From assembly GCA_003235575.1 (NCBI GenBank), contig QJVW01000128.1, positions 34,781-98,780 of the forward strand: a DNA stretch of 64,000 bases. Direction: 5' to 3'. A program made the translations under genes and the position numbers. This document shows positions 49,092-57,928 of this stretch, in pieces. A model generated the notes under the pieces. That model had not been told where the DNA came from. It made no database searches and worked only from the letters and a program-made list of their open reading frames with translations. Position 1 is the first letter of the stretch; each line of letters opens with the position of its first letter. Source of the DNA: Candidatus Eiseniibacteriota bacterium. Its GTDB lineage: Bacteria > Eisenbacteria > RBG-16-71-46 > SZUA-252.

Positions 49092-50798
49092 CTAGTGATC
49101 GACCCCGGTCCAGTCCTTGGGCTGCGGCTTCGGAACCGCCGGGATGACCGCCCGGACGACGATCAGCACTCCCGCGCCCCGCCCTTCCGGCGCCGCCGTC
49201 ACGGTTTCCGGCGCGCTCAGGACCACGTACGGAAGCGGCGTCAGGAACTCCTCGGTCACGACCTCGATGGCGCACTGCCGCCCCTTGGGCCTCCGCACGA
49301 AGAAGTAGCCGTCGCTGTCGGTGTACACCACGTCCCCGTCCACCCGCACCGCCGCGCCGCGCACGCCGTTCCCCTTCTCGTCCGCGACCAGCCCCTGAAC
49401 CAGATGGTCGGACATCGACGCCCGCGGCGCGCGCGATGCGGCGTCGTACCCGTGATAGAGGTACTGGTTCCCCGCCAGCGTGTACTTCACGGTCCCGTCC
49501 GGAGCCACGTAACTGCCCAGGTTCGCGGTGAAGTTCCCGAAGGCGAGGAGTCGGACGGTCACCATGAGCGCCTGACGGAACGGATCGCCGCTGCCGAAGG
49601 GGACGTACACGGTCTGCCATTCCGCCCCCACGCTGAACCGGCTGGCTAGGTAGGCGCCGCCGAAGGAAACGGTGGTGTTCCCCTCCGTGTGGGTCACGAC
49701 CTGGGAGAGGTCGACGTGCGGCGAGACGTTCTCGCGAAGCGTGGCGACGAGGGTGGTGAATCGTTGACCGCCGCGATCCCGCGCGTGGTGGACGTTGCCG
49801 CCGATCTCGACCGACCTCCCGACATGGCGGCGCATTCCGGCCGAGAGGCCCGTATTGCCCGCTTCGCCGGCGCGGGACGTATAGAACGCGAGCGTCGTGG
49901 TCGCGTCGAGGGCCTTCACGTTCGCCACCACCTGATGCACGCGCCCCCGAAGCGCGGGCGCCCCGTCGGAGGGCGGCTGCAGGAAGTTGTACCGGCCCAG
50001 CTGGAGCACCAAGGGCTTGATCGGACGGATCTTGAGGTCGAGATTCTCCCGCTCCATCTCCGACGCGCTCGCCTGGGGCACCGCGACCCGGCGGAATGCG
50101 TCGGCGGCCGCCGACCAGGCGGCGCGCGCCGTCACCCACGGCCGCTCGAACAGGACGCTCGCCGCGCCGTACGGCTCGCCGTCGCCGCCGCCGAGCGCCA
50201 TCGCGGTGCGCAGATCGCTCCGCGGACGCCATTCGAGCCCGCTGATGACGGTCTGACGGCGCGTGAAGACCGATCGGGTCATGACCCGGACGGTCGGCGA
50301 GACGTCGTGGTCCAGGAAGAGGATGCCCGCGCCCCGTACGCTCCGCGCGCCGAGGAAGAACGGCGAGCCGTACATGGTCGCGGTCGTGCCGCCGATGGCG
50401 CGAAGGCGCGTGTCGCCGACCTCCCGCTCGTAGCCGATGCCGCGGCCGAAGAACGCGTGCGGCGCCTGGAACACGTCGGTCGGAAGCCCGAACGGTACGG
50501 CCTGGTCTCCGACGGAGAGCAGTCCGCCGCGGTACTCCTTGCGCAGCAGTCCGCCGACGTGGAACGTCTCGAGGTCCCCCAGCCCGATCAACCCGTCGAA
50601 CCCCTCGCCGCGGACACGCACCGATCCCCCGGTCGAGTGGTAGAGGCTCGAGGTTCCTCCCTGCACTTGGATCACCTGCGCGCGCGCGCCGCGGGGCGCG
50701 GCGCCGGGAATCAGGACGAGGAGCGCGGCGAACACGACGATGCCCCGGGAACGCCTGGCGGCTCCCTCGGGGCGTTTCGTCGGACGCATGGTCTTCAT
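49092..50798 (-). CDS. Outer-membrane beta-barrel protein with a C-terminal beta-sandwich (CarbopepD_reg/usher-CTD-like) domain; possible reduced fimbrial usher
   Basis: 568 aa with a signal peptide. Amphipathic beta-strand pattern. The C-terminus (GAAVRVDGDVVYTDSDGYFFV) is an Ig-like/CarbopepD_reg-like fold. Last gene of the SCPU-pilin/chaperone operon. Confidence 0.35.
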   Translation of the reverse strand: MKTMRPTKRPEGAARRSRGIVVFAALLVLIPGAAPRGARAQVIQVQGGTSSLYHSTGGSVRVRGEGFDGLIGLGDLETFHVGGLLRKEYRGGLLSVGDQAVPFGLPTDVFQAPHAFFGRGIGYEREVGDTRLRAIGGTTATMYGSPFFLGARSVRGAGILFLDHDVSPTVRVMTRSVFTRRQTVISGLEWRPRSDLRTAMALGGGDGEPYGAASVLFERPWVTARAAWSAAADAFRRVAVPQASASEMERENLDLKIRPIKPLVLQLGRYNFLQPPSDGAPALRGRVHQVVANVKALDATTTLAFYTSRAGEAGNTGLSAGMRRHVGRSVEIGGNVHHARDRGGQRFTTLVATLRENVSPHVDLSQVVTHTEGNTTVSFGGAYLASRFSVGAEWQTVYVPFGSGDPFRQALMVTVRLLAFGNFTANLGSYVAPDGTVKYTLAGNQYLYHGYDAASRAPRASMSDHLVQGLVADEKGNGVRGAAVRVDGDVVYTDSDGYFFVRRPKGRQCAIEVVTEEFLTPLPYVVLSAPETVTAAPEGRGAGVLIVVRAVIPAVPKPQPKDWTGVDH

Positions 50799-50817
50799 CG
50801 GCCTCCTCGGCGCTTGG

Positions 50818-51537
50818 CTACCCCGCGCGCAGCGAATCCTCGATCGAGAATCGGTGGAACTGAATCTTCAGCCGCGACGGCGCCTCCGCGGCGTCCCACG
50901 GAATGAGGACCCGACGCGTGGCGCGCGGCAGGAGGGGGAAGCTCCCGTGCCGGCGCTTGTCCTTGGGGGCGATCGCTTCCGCCCCTTCCACGCGCCCGAG
51001 GCGCGGGCTGATGTTCCGCAGCACGACCTCGACACGGTGCTCCGTCGAATCGTAGACCGCCGCCTCGACCTGCACGTCGTCGCGACCCAGGGACTGCTTC
51101 GGAAGCATGTAGACCGTGTGCGGCAGCTCGATCTGTACCTCGACGCCCTGCCGGCGCGGCATCCCCGCGAACGTGGCGTAGAGCGTGAACCAGGCCGGAA
51201 TCGACTCCGCCGTCGCTTCGAAGAAGATCACGCGCGACTGCTGCGCCGGAATCCGGAAGCTCATCTCGGAGAGCTTCACGCGGATGGATGGATCGAGCGG
51301 CCGGAACACGGGATCGCCGTCCGCGGTGACGTCGAAGCTCTTCGCTTCCAGAATGACGTTCACGGGCAGGAGTTGGTCGTTCGCCAGCTCGAACTTCCCA
51401 TGCACCTTCTTCCCCTGATATTCCACGACGACGGGGCGGACCGTCTGCGCGGCGCTCGGGGGCGCGGCCACGAACGGCGCGACGGCGGCCGTGGCGACGA
51501 GGATGAAACGAAGAGCGATCGTGGAGCGCGACGTCAT
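50818..51537 (-). CDS. Putative PapD-like periplasmic fimbrial chaperone
   Basis: 239 aa with a signal peptide. Two beta-sandwich halves. An N-terminal Arg precedes a hydrophobic strand (TVRPVVVEY). Located between the SCPU pilin genes and the OMP. Confidence 0.4.
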   Translation of the reverse strand: MTSRSTIALRFILVATAAVAPFVAAPPSAAQTVRPVVVEYQGKKVHGKFELANDQLLPVNVILEAKSFDVTADGDPVFRPLDPSIRVKLSEMSFRIPAQQSRVIFFEATAESIPAWFTLYATFAGMPRRQGVEVQIELPHTVYMLPKQSLGRDDVQVEAAVYDSTEHRVEVVLRNISPRLGRVEGAEAIAPKDKRRHGSFPLLPRATRRVLIPWDAAEAPSRLKIQFHRFSIEDSLRAG

Positions 51538-51559
51538 CGTGCGTTGGCCTCCCCTGCGC

Positions 51560-52144
51560 CTAGAGCGCGCGTGCCTGAATCCGGAGGGTTCCGTTGTAGG
51601 TGCCCTGTGGAACCGGCGGACTCGTGGTCAGGTTGATTCGAAGGTCGAGATTGTCGCTTCGGACCTTGGACTTGTTGAGGCCCGTGATGGTCTCCGAGAA
51701 GAGCAGAAGGCTCCCCCCGGCGGGACCGACGGGGTTCGTCTGCGTAAACGGGGCGTAGGCCACCGGGACGCCGGTCAGCATCCGGCCCTCGACGTAGCTC
51801 GAGGGAATGGTGAAGCCGGTGCCCGAAAGCGCCGCGGCGGGCGCGCTGAAATAGCCATAGAGACTGATGGCGCCCGTCTTGCCGGGGTTGACGCTCCAGG
51901 ATGTCTGCACGACGGCGGAGACGCTGCCGTTGGCGATCCCGCCCTGTACCAGGGCGAAGTTGATGCTCGATCCGCTGGGAATGCTGATCGACAGCGACGA
52001 GGGCGTGGTGGCGTTCAACGTGACGCCGGTGAGGCCCGAGAGCAGCTGCCCCCGCCCCGGCGCGGGCAGGAGTAGCAGGACGAGGACGCCCAGCCCGAAG
52101 CCGAGCGCCCTCGTCATCCCTATGGTACGGCGGGTCCCTTCCAT
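51560..52144 (-). CDS. SCPU-domain (spore coat protein U / Csu-type) fimbrial subunit, paralog 1
   Basis: Signal peptide. About 160-aa mature protein ending ...YNGTLRIQARAL. Paralogous to the upstream gene. Confidence 0.5.
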   Translation of the reverse strand: MEGTRRTIGMTRALGFGLGVLVLLLLPAPGRGQLLSGLTGVTLNATTPSSLSISIPSGSSINFALVQGGIANGSVSAVVQTSWSVNPGKTGAISLYGYFSAPAAALSGTGFTIPSSYVEGRMLTGVPVAYAPFTQTNPVGPAGGSLLLFSETITGLNKSKVRSDNLDLRINLTTSPPVPQGTYNGTLRIQARAL

Positions 52145-52166
52145 GGGATCCGGTCTCCTATGTCGG

Positions 52167-52829
52167 TTACAGCGCGCGCGCCTGGATCCGAAGGACGCCC
52201 GTGTACGTGCTGGCGGGTACCGTCGGGCTGGCGGTCAGGTTGATCTGCAGATCCAGATTGTCGCTACGGGTGCTGATCTTGTTCACGCCCGTGACGGCTT
52301 CGGAGAAGAGGAGAAGACTGGCGTTCGCCGGTCCCACCGCGTTCGTCTGCGTGAACGCCGTGTACGTCGCGGGCGTGCCGGTCGTCATCCGTCCCTCGAC
52401 GTACGTCGAGGCGATGTCGTAGACGCCGTCGGTCAAAGCCGCCGTGGCGTCGTCGAAGTAGCCGAACAGCGAAACCGTGCCCGTGAGACCCGGGTTCAGG
52501 TTCCACGCGGTCGTGATCGCCGAGGAAACGTCCCCCGCGGCCGCGGCGCCCTGGGCGAGGGCGAAATTCACCGTCGTTCCGCTGGTGACGGCGACGGTCA
52601 GCGTCTGGGCCATCAAGGCGTTCAGGTTGATGTTCCCGACGTTCGACAGCGTCTGGGCCTGGGCCGAGGTCGCCGACACGGCGAGAACCGCCAGCGCGAC
52701 GGCCGTCCGGCGAACGGCCTTCCGAATGCTCATAGGACTAGCACCTCCCGTAGTACGCCGGACCGGATAGGGGCGGATTCCGTTCCCGGCGGAACCATTC
52801 TCCGATTGGCCCCCGACACCTCGACTCAT
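52167..52829 (-). CDS. SCPU-domain fimbrial subunit, paralog 2
   Basis: The likely start is the internal MSIRKAVRRTAVALAVLAVSATSAQA. Ends ...YTGVLRIQARAL. Strong identity to paralog 1, including the shared VGPA, LLLFSE, RSDNLDL and INLT motifs. Confidence 0.5.
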   Translation of the reverse strand: MSRGVGGQSENGSAGNGIRPYPVRRTTGGASPMSIRKAVRRTAVALAVLAVSATSAQAQTLSNVGNINLNALMAQTLTVAVTSGTTVNFALAQGAAAAGDVSSAITTAWNLNPGLTGTVSLFGYFDDATAALTDGVYDIASTYVEGRMTTGTPATYTAFTQTNAVGPANASLLLFSEAVTGVNKISTRSDNLDLQINLTASPTVPASTYTGVLRIQARAL

Positions 52830-52936
52830 CGGCCGGACCGGCCGCGTTCCTTACCGCTTTCACGGGACGGCCGGGGCGCCAAAACGCAAGAAGGGGCGAC
52901 GTCCGAAGACGCCGCCCCCCAAGCGATTCGCGGGAA

Positions 52937-53527
52937 TTACATGTTGAAGCCGATGCCCGCGCGGAAGTTCACGTAGTTCGTGCTCTCACCCTCGGTCGAG
53001 ACCGTGTGGTAGTTCAGGCCCACGTTCATCTTCGTGGTCGGGGCGACCGGGAAGTTCACGCCCGCGCCGAAGTTGAAGCCGATCTTGGACTGGCTGTCGT
53101 CGACGTTGCCGATGACGGAGTCTTCGACCTTGCCGGAGACGTTGTACCAGCCCGCGCCACCCTGCGCGTAGAAGCTGGTGCCGACGCCCGGGCCGAACGT
53201 GTAGCGGACGGCCGGGTTGACGCGGAACACGCTGCCCGAGACCTTCGTCGTCGAGCTGCTGAGCGCATCGGTGTACTCGGCGGAACCGAGATTGTCGTAC
53301 GACACCTCGGCGCCCCACGAGACGCTCGGCGAGACACCCTTCCAGTACGACGCGCCGAAGCCGACTCCGCCGCCCATGGCGTCGTTGTTCGGCGTGACCT
53401 CGGTGGACGACTTGGCGTAGCCAAGGTTCAGCTCGAGCGACCCGACCGGACCGGCCGACACCGCCGGCGCGAACGCGAAGGCCGCTACGAACAGCGACAC
53501 CAGAACCAGCGTGGAGATGCGCTTCAT
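52937..53527 (-). CDS. Small outer-membrane beta-barrel protein (OmpA-like/OMP_b-brl family)
   Basis: Start MKRISTLVLVSLFVAAFAFA. Alternating-hydrophobic strands ending GIGFNM. Confidence 0.55.
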   Translation of the reverse strand: MKRISTLVLVSLFVAAFAFAPAVSAGPVGSLELNLGYAKSSTEVTPNNDAMGGGVGFGASYWKGVSPSVSWGAEVSYDNLGSAEYTDALSSSTTKVSGSVFRVNPAVRYTFGPGVGTSFYAQGGAGWYNVSGKVEDSVIGNVDDSQSKIGFNFGAGVNFPVAPTTKMNVGLNYHTVSTEGESTNYVNFRAGIGFNM

Positions 53528-53733
53528 TGTGTTTCCCCCTTGTGTTGATGGAACCACCACCCCACCGACCACCACCCATGGCCCTTCGTCGCCGACCCTC
53601 GGCGCGGGGGCCTCTCTGCCACTCGCGGGAAGTCATCGGCATGTGAACGGAAGAACTTGATCGGGAGGATCGCGGCGCTCCGCGCGGCAGCTAACACGTT
53701 TGGCGCCAATGCGGTACGGCCGGACCGTCGGCG

Positions 53734-55035
53734 TCAGGCCTCGGGGATTTCCACCTCGGACCGCGGAACGCGGCCCTCGTGCACCCTTCGAAAGAAGAGC
53801 CAATAGAGGACGGAGGCCGCGACGTAGAGCGCGGCGGCCAGATAGAGCGGGGGCGCGTAGCCGACGCGCTCGATCATGGCGCCGCCGATGTCCGCGCTAA
53901 TGCTCCAGGACAGGAACCAGGAAAGGGAGAGCAGGCTGTTCGTGATCGCGTGATCCCGCTCCGGGACCACCTCCATCGCGAAGTGGGACGCCAGGGGCTG
54001 GTTCATGTTCATCAGCGCCGAGCGGAGGAAGAAGGCGCCGACGACGGCCGGATACCAATGCGACATCGCCAGCACCACCATGAACGGAACCGAGGCGAGC
54101 TGGGTGAGCACCACCCCGCGGACGAGCCCGATGCGGTGGGTGATCGTCGGCCCGAAGACGTTGCTGAGGACCATGAACGCCTGCATCGTCGCGAAGAGGA
54201 TGCCGATCGCCGCCTCGTCCAACCCGAAGCGGTCCCGGAAGTAGAGGTTCAGGAACGGAATGATCAACCCCGCGCCGAGCCCGATCAGCAAGGAGGGAAT
54301 GATCAGCCGCAGGTGCAGCGCCCAGTCGACGGCGGCGAGTTCCCGCATGGCGGTCAGCGCCCGGTCGCGCACCCGGCGACCGGCGCGATCGTCGGGTTCC
54401 TCCGAAACCGGCGGCCGCGCGGTCATGCCGGAAAAGGGGACCGTCGAGAGAAGGTAGAGGCCGCACGCCGCGAAGAGCGAAAAGCGGAGCGCGAGCTGGT
54501 TCGAGTCCGTGACCAGACGAAAGAGGTGCGGCAGGAAACCGCCGAGCGTGGACCCCACGATCGCCGAGAGAAAGAGAATCGTGTAGGAGGCGCTGAAGAG
54601 AAACGGCCTGGACGCGGGCGCCGCCTCGCGCATGATGACCGGCGCGATGGAGAGCCGGAAGACGGTCAGGACGGTCCCGGCGAAGAACGCGACGGTGAGC
54701 AGGAGATCGGGCGCCGTCAGCGTCGATTGCAGCAGGAAGGCCAGGGCGGTCAGCACGCCCGAGACAAGGAGCACCGACCGGGCGGCGACGCGACGCAGCA
54801 CGAGGGCGACCGGAATCGCGGCCATCGCGGCGCCGAGCGACATCTTCGAGAGCACCTGGCCGATCGTGGAATCGGAAACGCCCAGCTCGCGGAGGTAGAG
54901 ATTGAAGAGGAGCGAGAAGACGGACTGCCCCAGCCCGATCAGGAAGATGCCCGCCAGGTAGCGGCGCGGATTCGGGCCGGAGTCCCGAACCTGGCGCAGG
55001 TACTCCGCGAAGATCGACCCGACGACGCGGACCAT
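53734..55035 (-). CDS. MFS transporter
   Basis: 433 aa, 12 TM helices. Last gene of the rSAM-MPE-MFS operon. Confidence 0.75.
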   Translation of the reverse strand: MVRVVGSIFAEYLRQVRDSGPNPRRYLAGIFLIGLGQSVFSLLFNLYLRELGVSDSTIGQVLSKMSLGAAMAAIPVALVLRRVAARSVLLVSGVLTALAFLLQSTLTAPDLLLTVAFFAGTVLTVFRLSIAPVIMREAAPASRPFLFSASYTILFLSAIVGSTLGGFLPHLFRLVTDSNQLALRFSLFAACGLYLLSTVPFSGMTARPPVSEEPDDRAGRRVRDRALTAMRELAAVDWALHLRLIIPSLLIGLGAGLIIPFLNLYFRDRFGLDEAAIGILFATMQAFMVLSNVFGPTITHRIGLVRGVVLTQLASVPFMVVLAMSHWYPAVVGAFFLRSALMNMNQPLASHFAMEVVPERDHAITNSLLSLSWFLSWSISADIGGAMIERVGYAPPLYLAAALYVAASVLYWLFFRRVHEGRVPRSEVEIPEA

Positions 55036-55050
55036 TCGGTTGGGGCGCCT

Positions 55051-55863
55051 CTAGAACCGGCCCCGCGCGCGCTCCCGGGCGGGGAGAATTTCGAGGCACG
55101 TCGTCCACCAGCCGCCGCGGATGGTCTCCACGAACGGCGCCGGCAGCCGCTCCGCCTCCATCTCGGCGGCCATCGCTTCGTGATCGTAGTCGACGGGGAT
55201 GAACGCGGCCTCCTCCGATCCTGGCGCCAGCCACGCGTACCAGACGTTGGGGCGACCATCGTTCGCGGGGCGGCCGATCGATCCGACGTTGATCACGCGG
55301 ACGCCGCCGGGAAGAAGTCGCTGCCAGTGGAGCCCGGTGTGCGTGCAGACGATCGTATCGGCCTCGGCGTCGCGCGCGAGACGAAGCAGGAAGGCGTCGG
55401 AGCACGCCGACTCCCACAGGAATTCGTTGGTCCGGCGGGGAGATCCGTGGCACAGGAGGTAGCGGCGTCCGCCCCGCTCGAACCGCACGCCGTCGGGCAG
55501 CGTGCCCAACCAGGCCCGCTGTTCGTCGGTGGTGTGCCGATCGGTGTACGCGTACGACAGGCGCGCATAGTGGTTGTCGTCGGGATGCGTGTACCCGCAG
55601 CCGCAGTCGTGGAGGCGCTCCGCCAGCGATCGATCGTAGTTCCCCGCGATCGTCGTGACGTCGCGCGCGGCGAGCAGGGGGTAGATCGCTCCCGGATTCG
55701 GGCCGAAGCCGCCCAGGTCGCCCAAGCAGAAGATGCGGGCGGCCCCGCGCCGGCGCGCGTCCTCCAGGCCGGCGCGGAGGGCGCGGTGATTGCTGTACGG
55801 CCCTCCGAGAAGGGCGATGCCCCCCTCGAGTTCGTCGCCCTGAAGCGTCGCGATGCGGGTCAC
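55051..55863 (-). CDS. Calcineurin-like metallophosphoesterase (YfcE/MJ0936-like)
   Basis: Putative GTG start (VTRIATLQGD). Motifs GDLGGFG, GNYD(R), CHGSP, CTHTG. The tracked N-terminal extension overlaps the rSAM gene and is rejected. Confidence 0.65.
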   Translation of the reverse strand: MTRIATLQGDELEGGIALLGGPYSNHRALRAGLEDARRRGAARIFCLGDLGGFGPNPGAIYPLLAARDVTTIAGNYDRSLAERLHDCGCGYTHPDDNHYARLSYAYTDRHTTDEQRAWLGTLPDGVRFERGGRRYLLCHGSPRRTNEFLWESACSDAFLLRLARDAEADTIVCTHTGLHWQRLLPGGVRVINVGSIGRPANDGRPNVWYAWLAPGSEEAAFIPVDYDHEAMAAEMEAERLPAPFVETIRGGWWTTCLEILPARERARGRF

Positions 55864-55870
55864 GGGAGGC

Positions 55871-56752
55871 TCAATTGCGGCACGTGGCGCCCGTCGCCCA
55901 GCAGGTGTGGCAGGCGCCGTGGGCGAGCGGGAAGGGACGGAGCGACGCGCCCAGCGTCTCCGCCATGCGCGCCGACGGGACGTTGATGAGGATCGGGCAG
56001 ACATACACGCCGCGGCTCGTCACCATGCGGCTCGTGGAGCACTGCAGAAGCCAGGGATCGTAGCCGTCCATGTGCGCGGGCGTCAGCAGCTCCTCCGGAG
56101 CGTATCCGCGCGTTCGCGACGCCTCGCGTCCGATCTTGAAGAGAGGGAGTATCTTCACGCGGGGACGCTCGATTCCCCTCGCGCGGAGCAGCGCGTGGAA
56201 CCCCTCGCGCAACCGGCGATCGTCGGCGTCGTCCCACGTCTGCGTGACGGTGATGATCGGGAGAAATCCCCCGTCGCTCAGGTGCTGCGCGCCCCGCAAC
56301 GTGTCGTCGAACGTTCCGGGGCCCCGAATGGGATCGTTTTGCTCGGGCGTGATGCCGTCCAGGCTCACGCGCATCTCCAAGGAGTACCGGCTCGCGTCAC
56401 GGAGCGCGGCGAGCTCGCGCACCAGGGCCGGGGTGAGGAGCGTGGCGTTCGTGAGGACGCTCGTCGGAGCGATCCGAAGCGCGTCATCCAAGATCCCCAC
56501 GAGATCGCGGTGCAGGAAGGGCTCCCCTCCCGTGAAGTAGACGTCGCGCACACCCAGGGACTCCGCCTCGCGTAGGTGGCCGCGCACCGATTCCCGATCC
56601 ATGTAGTCGTGGGCGCGGTTCGTCGGTCCGCACGCGATGAAACAGTGGCGGCAGCGCAAATTGCAGAGCGTCCCGGCCACCTGGAACCAGACGGTGTCGA
56701 GTGCGAGCGCCGGGACGGCGGGTGCTTGGGCCAGCGGAATCGATGAACGCAC
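55871..56752 (-). CDS. Radical SAM enzyme with a C-terminal Cys-rich (twitch/SPASM-like) segment
   Basis: 293 aa. CNLRCRHC (CxxxCxxC), GGEPFL. C-terminal CPILI...HGACHTCWATGATC. Confidence 0.75.
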   Translation of the reverse strand: MRSSIPLAQAPAVPALALDTVWFQVAGTLCNLRCRHCFIACGPTNRAHDYMDRESVRGHLREAESLGVRDVYFTGGEPFLHRDLVGILDDALRIAPTSVLTNATLLTPALVRELAALRDASRYSLEMRVSLDGITPEQNDPIRGPGTFDDTLRGAQHLSDGGFLPIITVTQTWDDADDRRLREGFHALLRARGIERPRVKILPLFKIGREASRTRGYAPEELLTPAHMDGYDPWLLQCSTSRMVTSRGVYVCPILINVPSARMAETLGASLRPFPLAHGACHTCWATGATCRN

Positions 56753-56879
56753 GTCGGTACTCCTGGGTTGATCGCCAACGGTATCACGGAGCGCGGTCGC
56801 GATGCCACCGGGCCGGAGGCCGGCGCCCCTGTGCTATCCTCCCGTTTTTCCCCATCCCCCGTGCGGAGGCAGCGCGACC

Positions 56880-57908
56880 GTGATTTGGGACGTCCTCATC
56901 ATCGGTGCAGGACCCGCCGGACTCTCCGCGGCGCTCTTCACGCGGATGCGCCGGATGTCGACGCTGCTCCTGGACACCGCCGTGGCCGGCGGCCAGCTGG
57001 CCTCGCTGTACCCGAAGAAACCGGTCCACGACTTCCCTTCCTACACCTACGTGATGGGCGACGCGCTGGGACGCAACTTCGTGGAGCAGGCGCGCCACAT
57101 GGGCTCCGAGATTCGTGAGGGCGAGCACGTCACGATGCTCGCCCGCGACGAGGCCACGAACACGATTCGCGTGACGTCCACCAAGGGCGCCTACGAGGCG
57201 CGGTCGGTGATCGTCGCGACCGGCGGCGGGGCGTTCGAACCGCGAAAGATCAAGAAGCCGGGCGAGGCGGAATTCGCCGGGAGGGGCGTGACGTACGGCA
57301 TGCCGGACGCCGAAACGTGCCGTGGCAAGCGCGTCCTGGTCATCGGTGGGGGCGACAGCGCCCTGGAGGCGGCGTTGTCGCTGAAAGAGGTCGCGGACGT
57401 CACGCTGATCCACATGCTCGACAAGTGGCAGGGGATGGACGCCTACGTCGAGGACATCCAGGCCTCGCCCCGAATCCGCTGGATGCTCCAGACCGAGACG
57501 GTCGAGATCCGCGGCGGAGGCGGGAACGGCGGCGAAGACGCGGTTCGCTCCGTCGTGGTCCGGAACAAGAAGACGGAAGCCACCGAGGAACTGCCGATCG
57601 ACGTCGTCGCGATCAACGTCGGCTATCTGATGGATGCCAAGATCGTCCGGCAGTGGGGGCTGGAGCTCGAGGGGAACCAGATCCGGTCCGACAACGTCAT
57701 GAAGACGAACATTCCCGGTGTCTTCGCCTGTGGCGACATCGCGACCTACCCCGGGAAGTACAAGCTCTTGATCACCGCCTGCAGCGAGGGCGCCGCGGCC
57801 GGCAACAGCGCCTACATCTACGTGCGCCAGCCGAAGAAGTTCACGGTGGGGGAACTCTACGCCGCCCCGAAGGACAAGGGCGACACCCAGCCGACGGGTC
57901 CCGCCTAG
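56880..57908 (+). CDS. Thioredoxin-reductase-like FAD/NAD(P)-dependent oxidoreductase (ferredoxin-NADP+ reductase type 2-like)
   Basis: GTG start. FAD GxGxxG (DVLIIGAGPAG), NAD(P) GGGDSA, CGDIATYPGK. No CxxC redox pair was found. Confidence 0.7.
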   Translation: MIWDVLIIGAGPAGLSAALFTRMRRMSTLLLDTAVAGGQLASLYPKKPVHDFPSYTYVMGDALGRNFVEQARHMGSEIREGEHVTMLARDEATNTIRVTSTKGAYEARSVIVATGGGAFEPRKIKKPGEAEFAGRGVTYGMPDAETCRGKRVLVIGGGDSALEAALSLKEVADVTLIHMLDKWQGMDAYVEDIQASPRIRWMLQTETVEIRGGGGNGGEDAVRSVVVRNKKTEATEELPIDVVAINVGYLMDAKIVRQWGLELEGNQIRSDNVMKTNIPGVFACGDIATYPGKYKLLITACSEGAAAGNSAYIYVRQPKKFTVGELYAAPKDKGDTQPTGPA

Positions 57909-57928
57909 GGATCACCGCCGGGGCGCCG

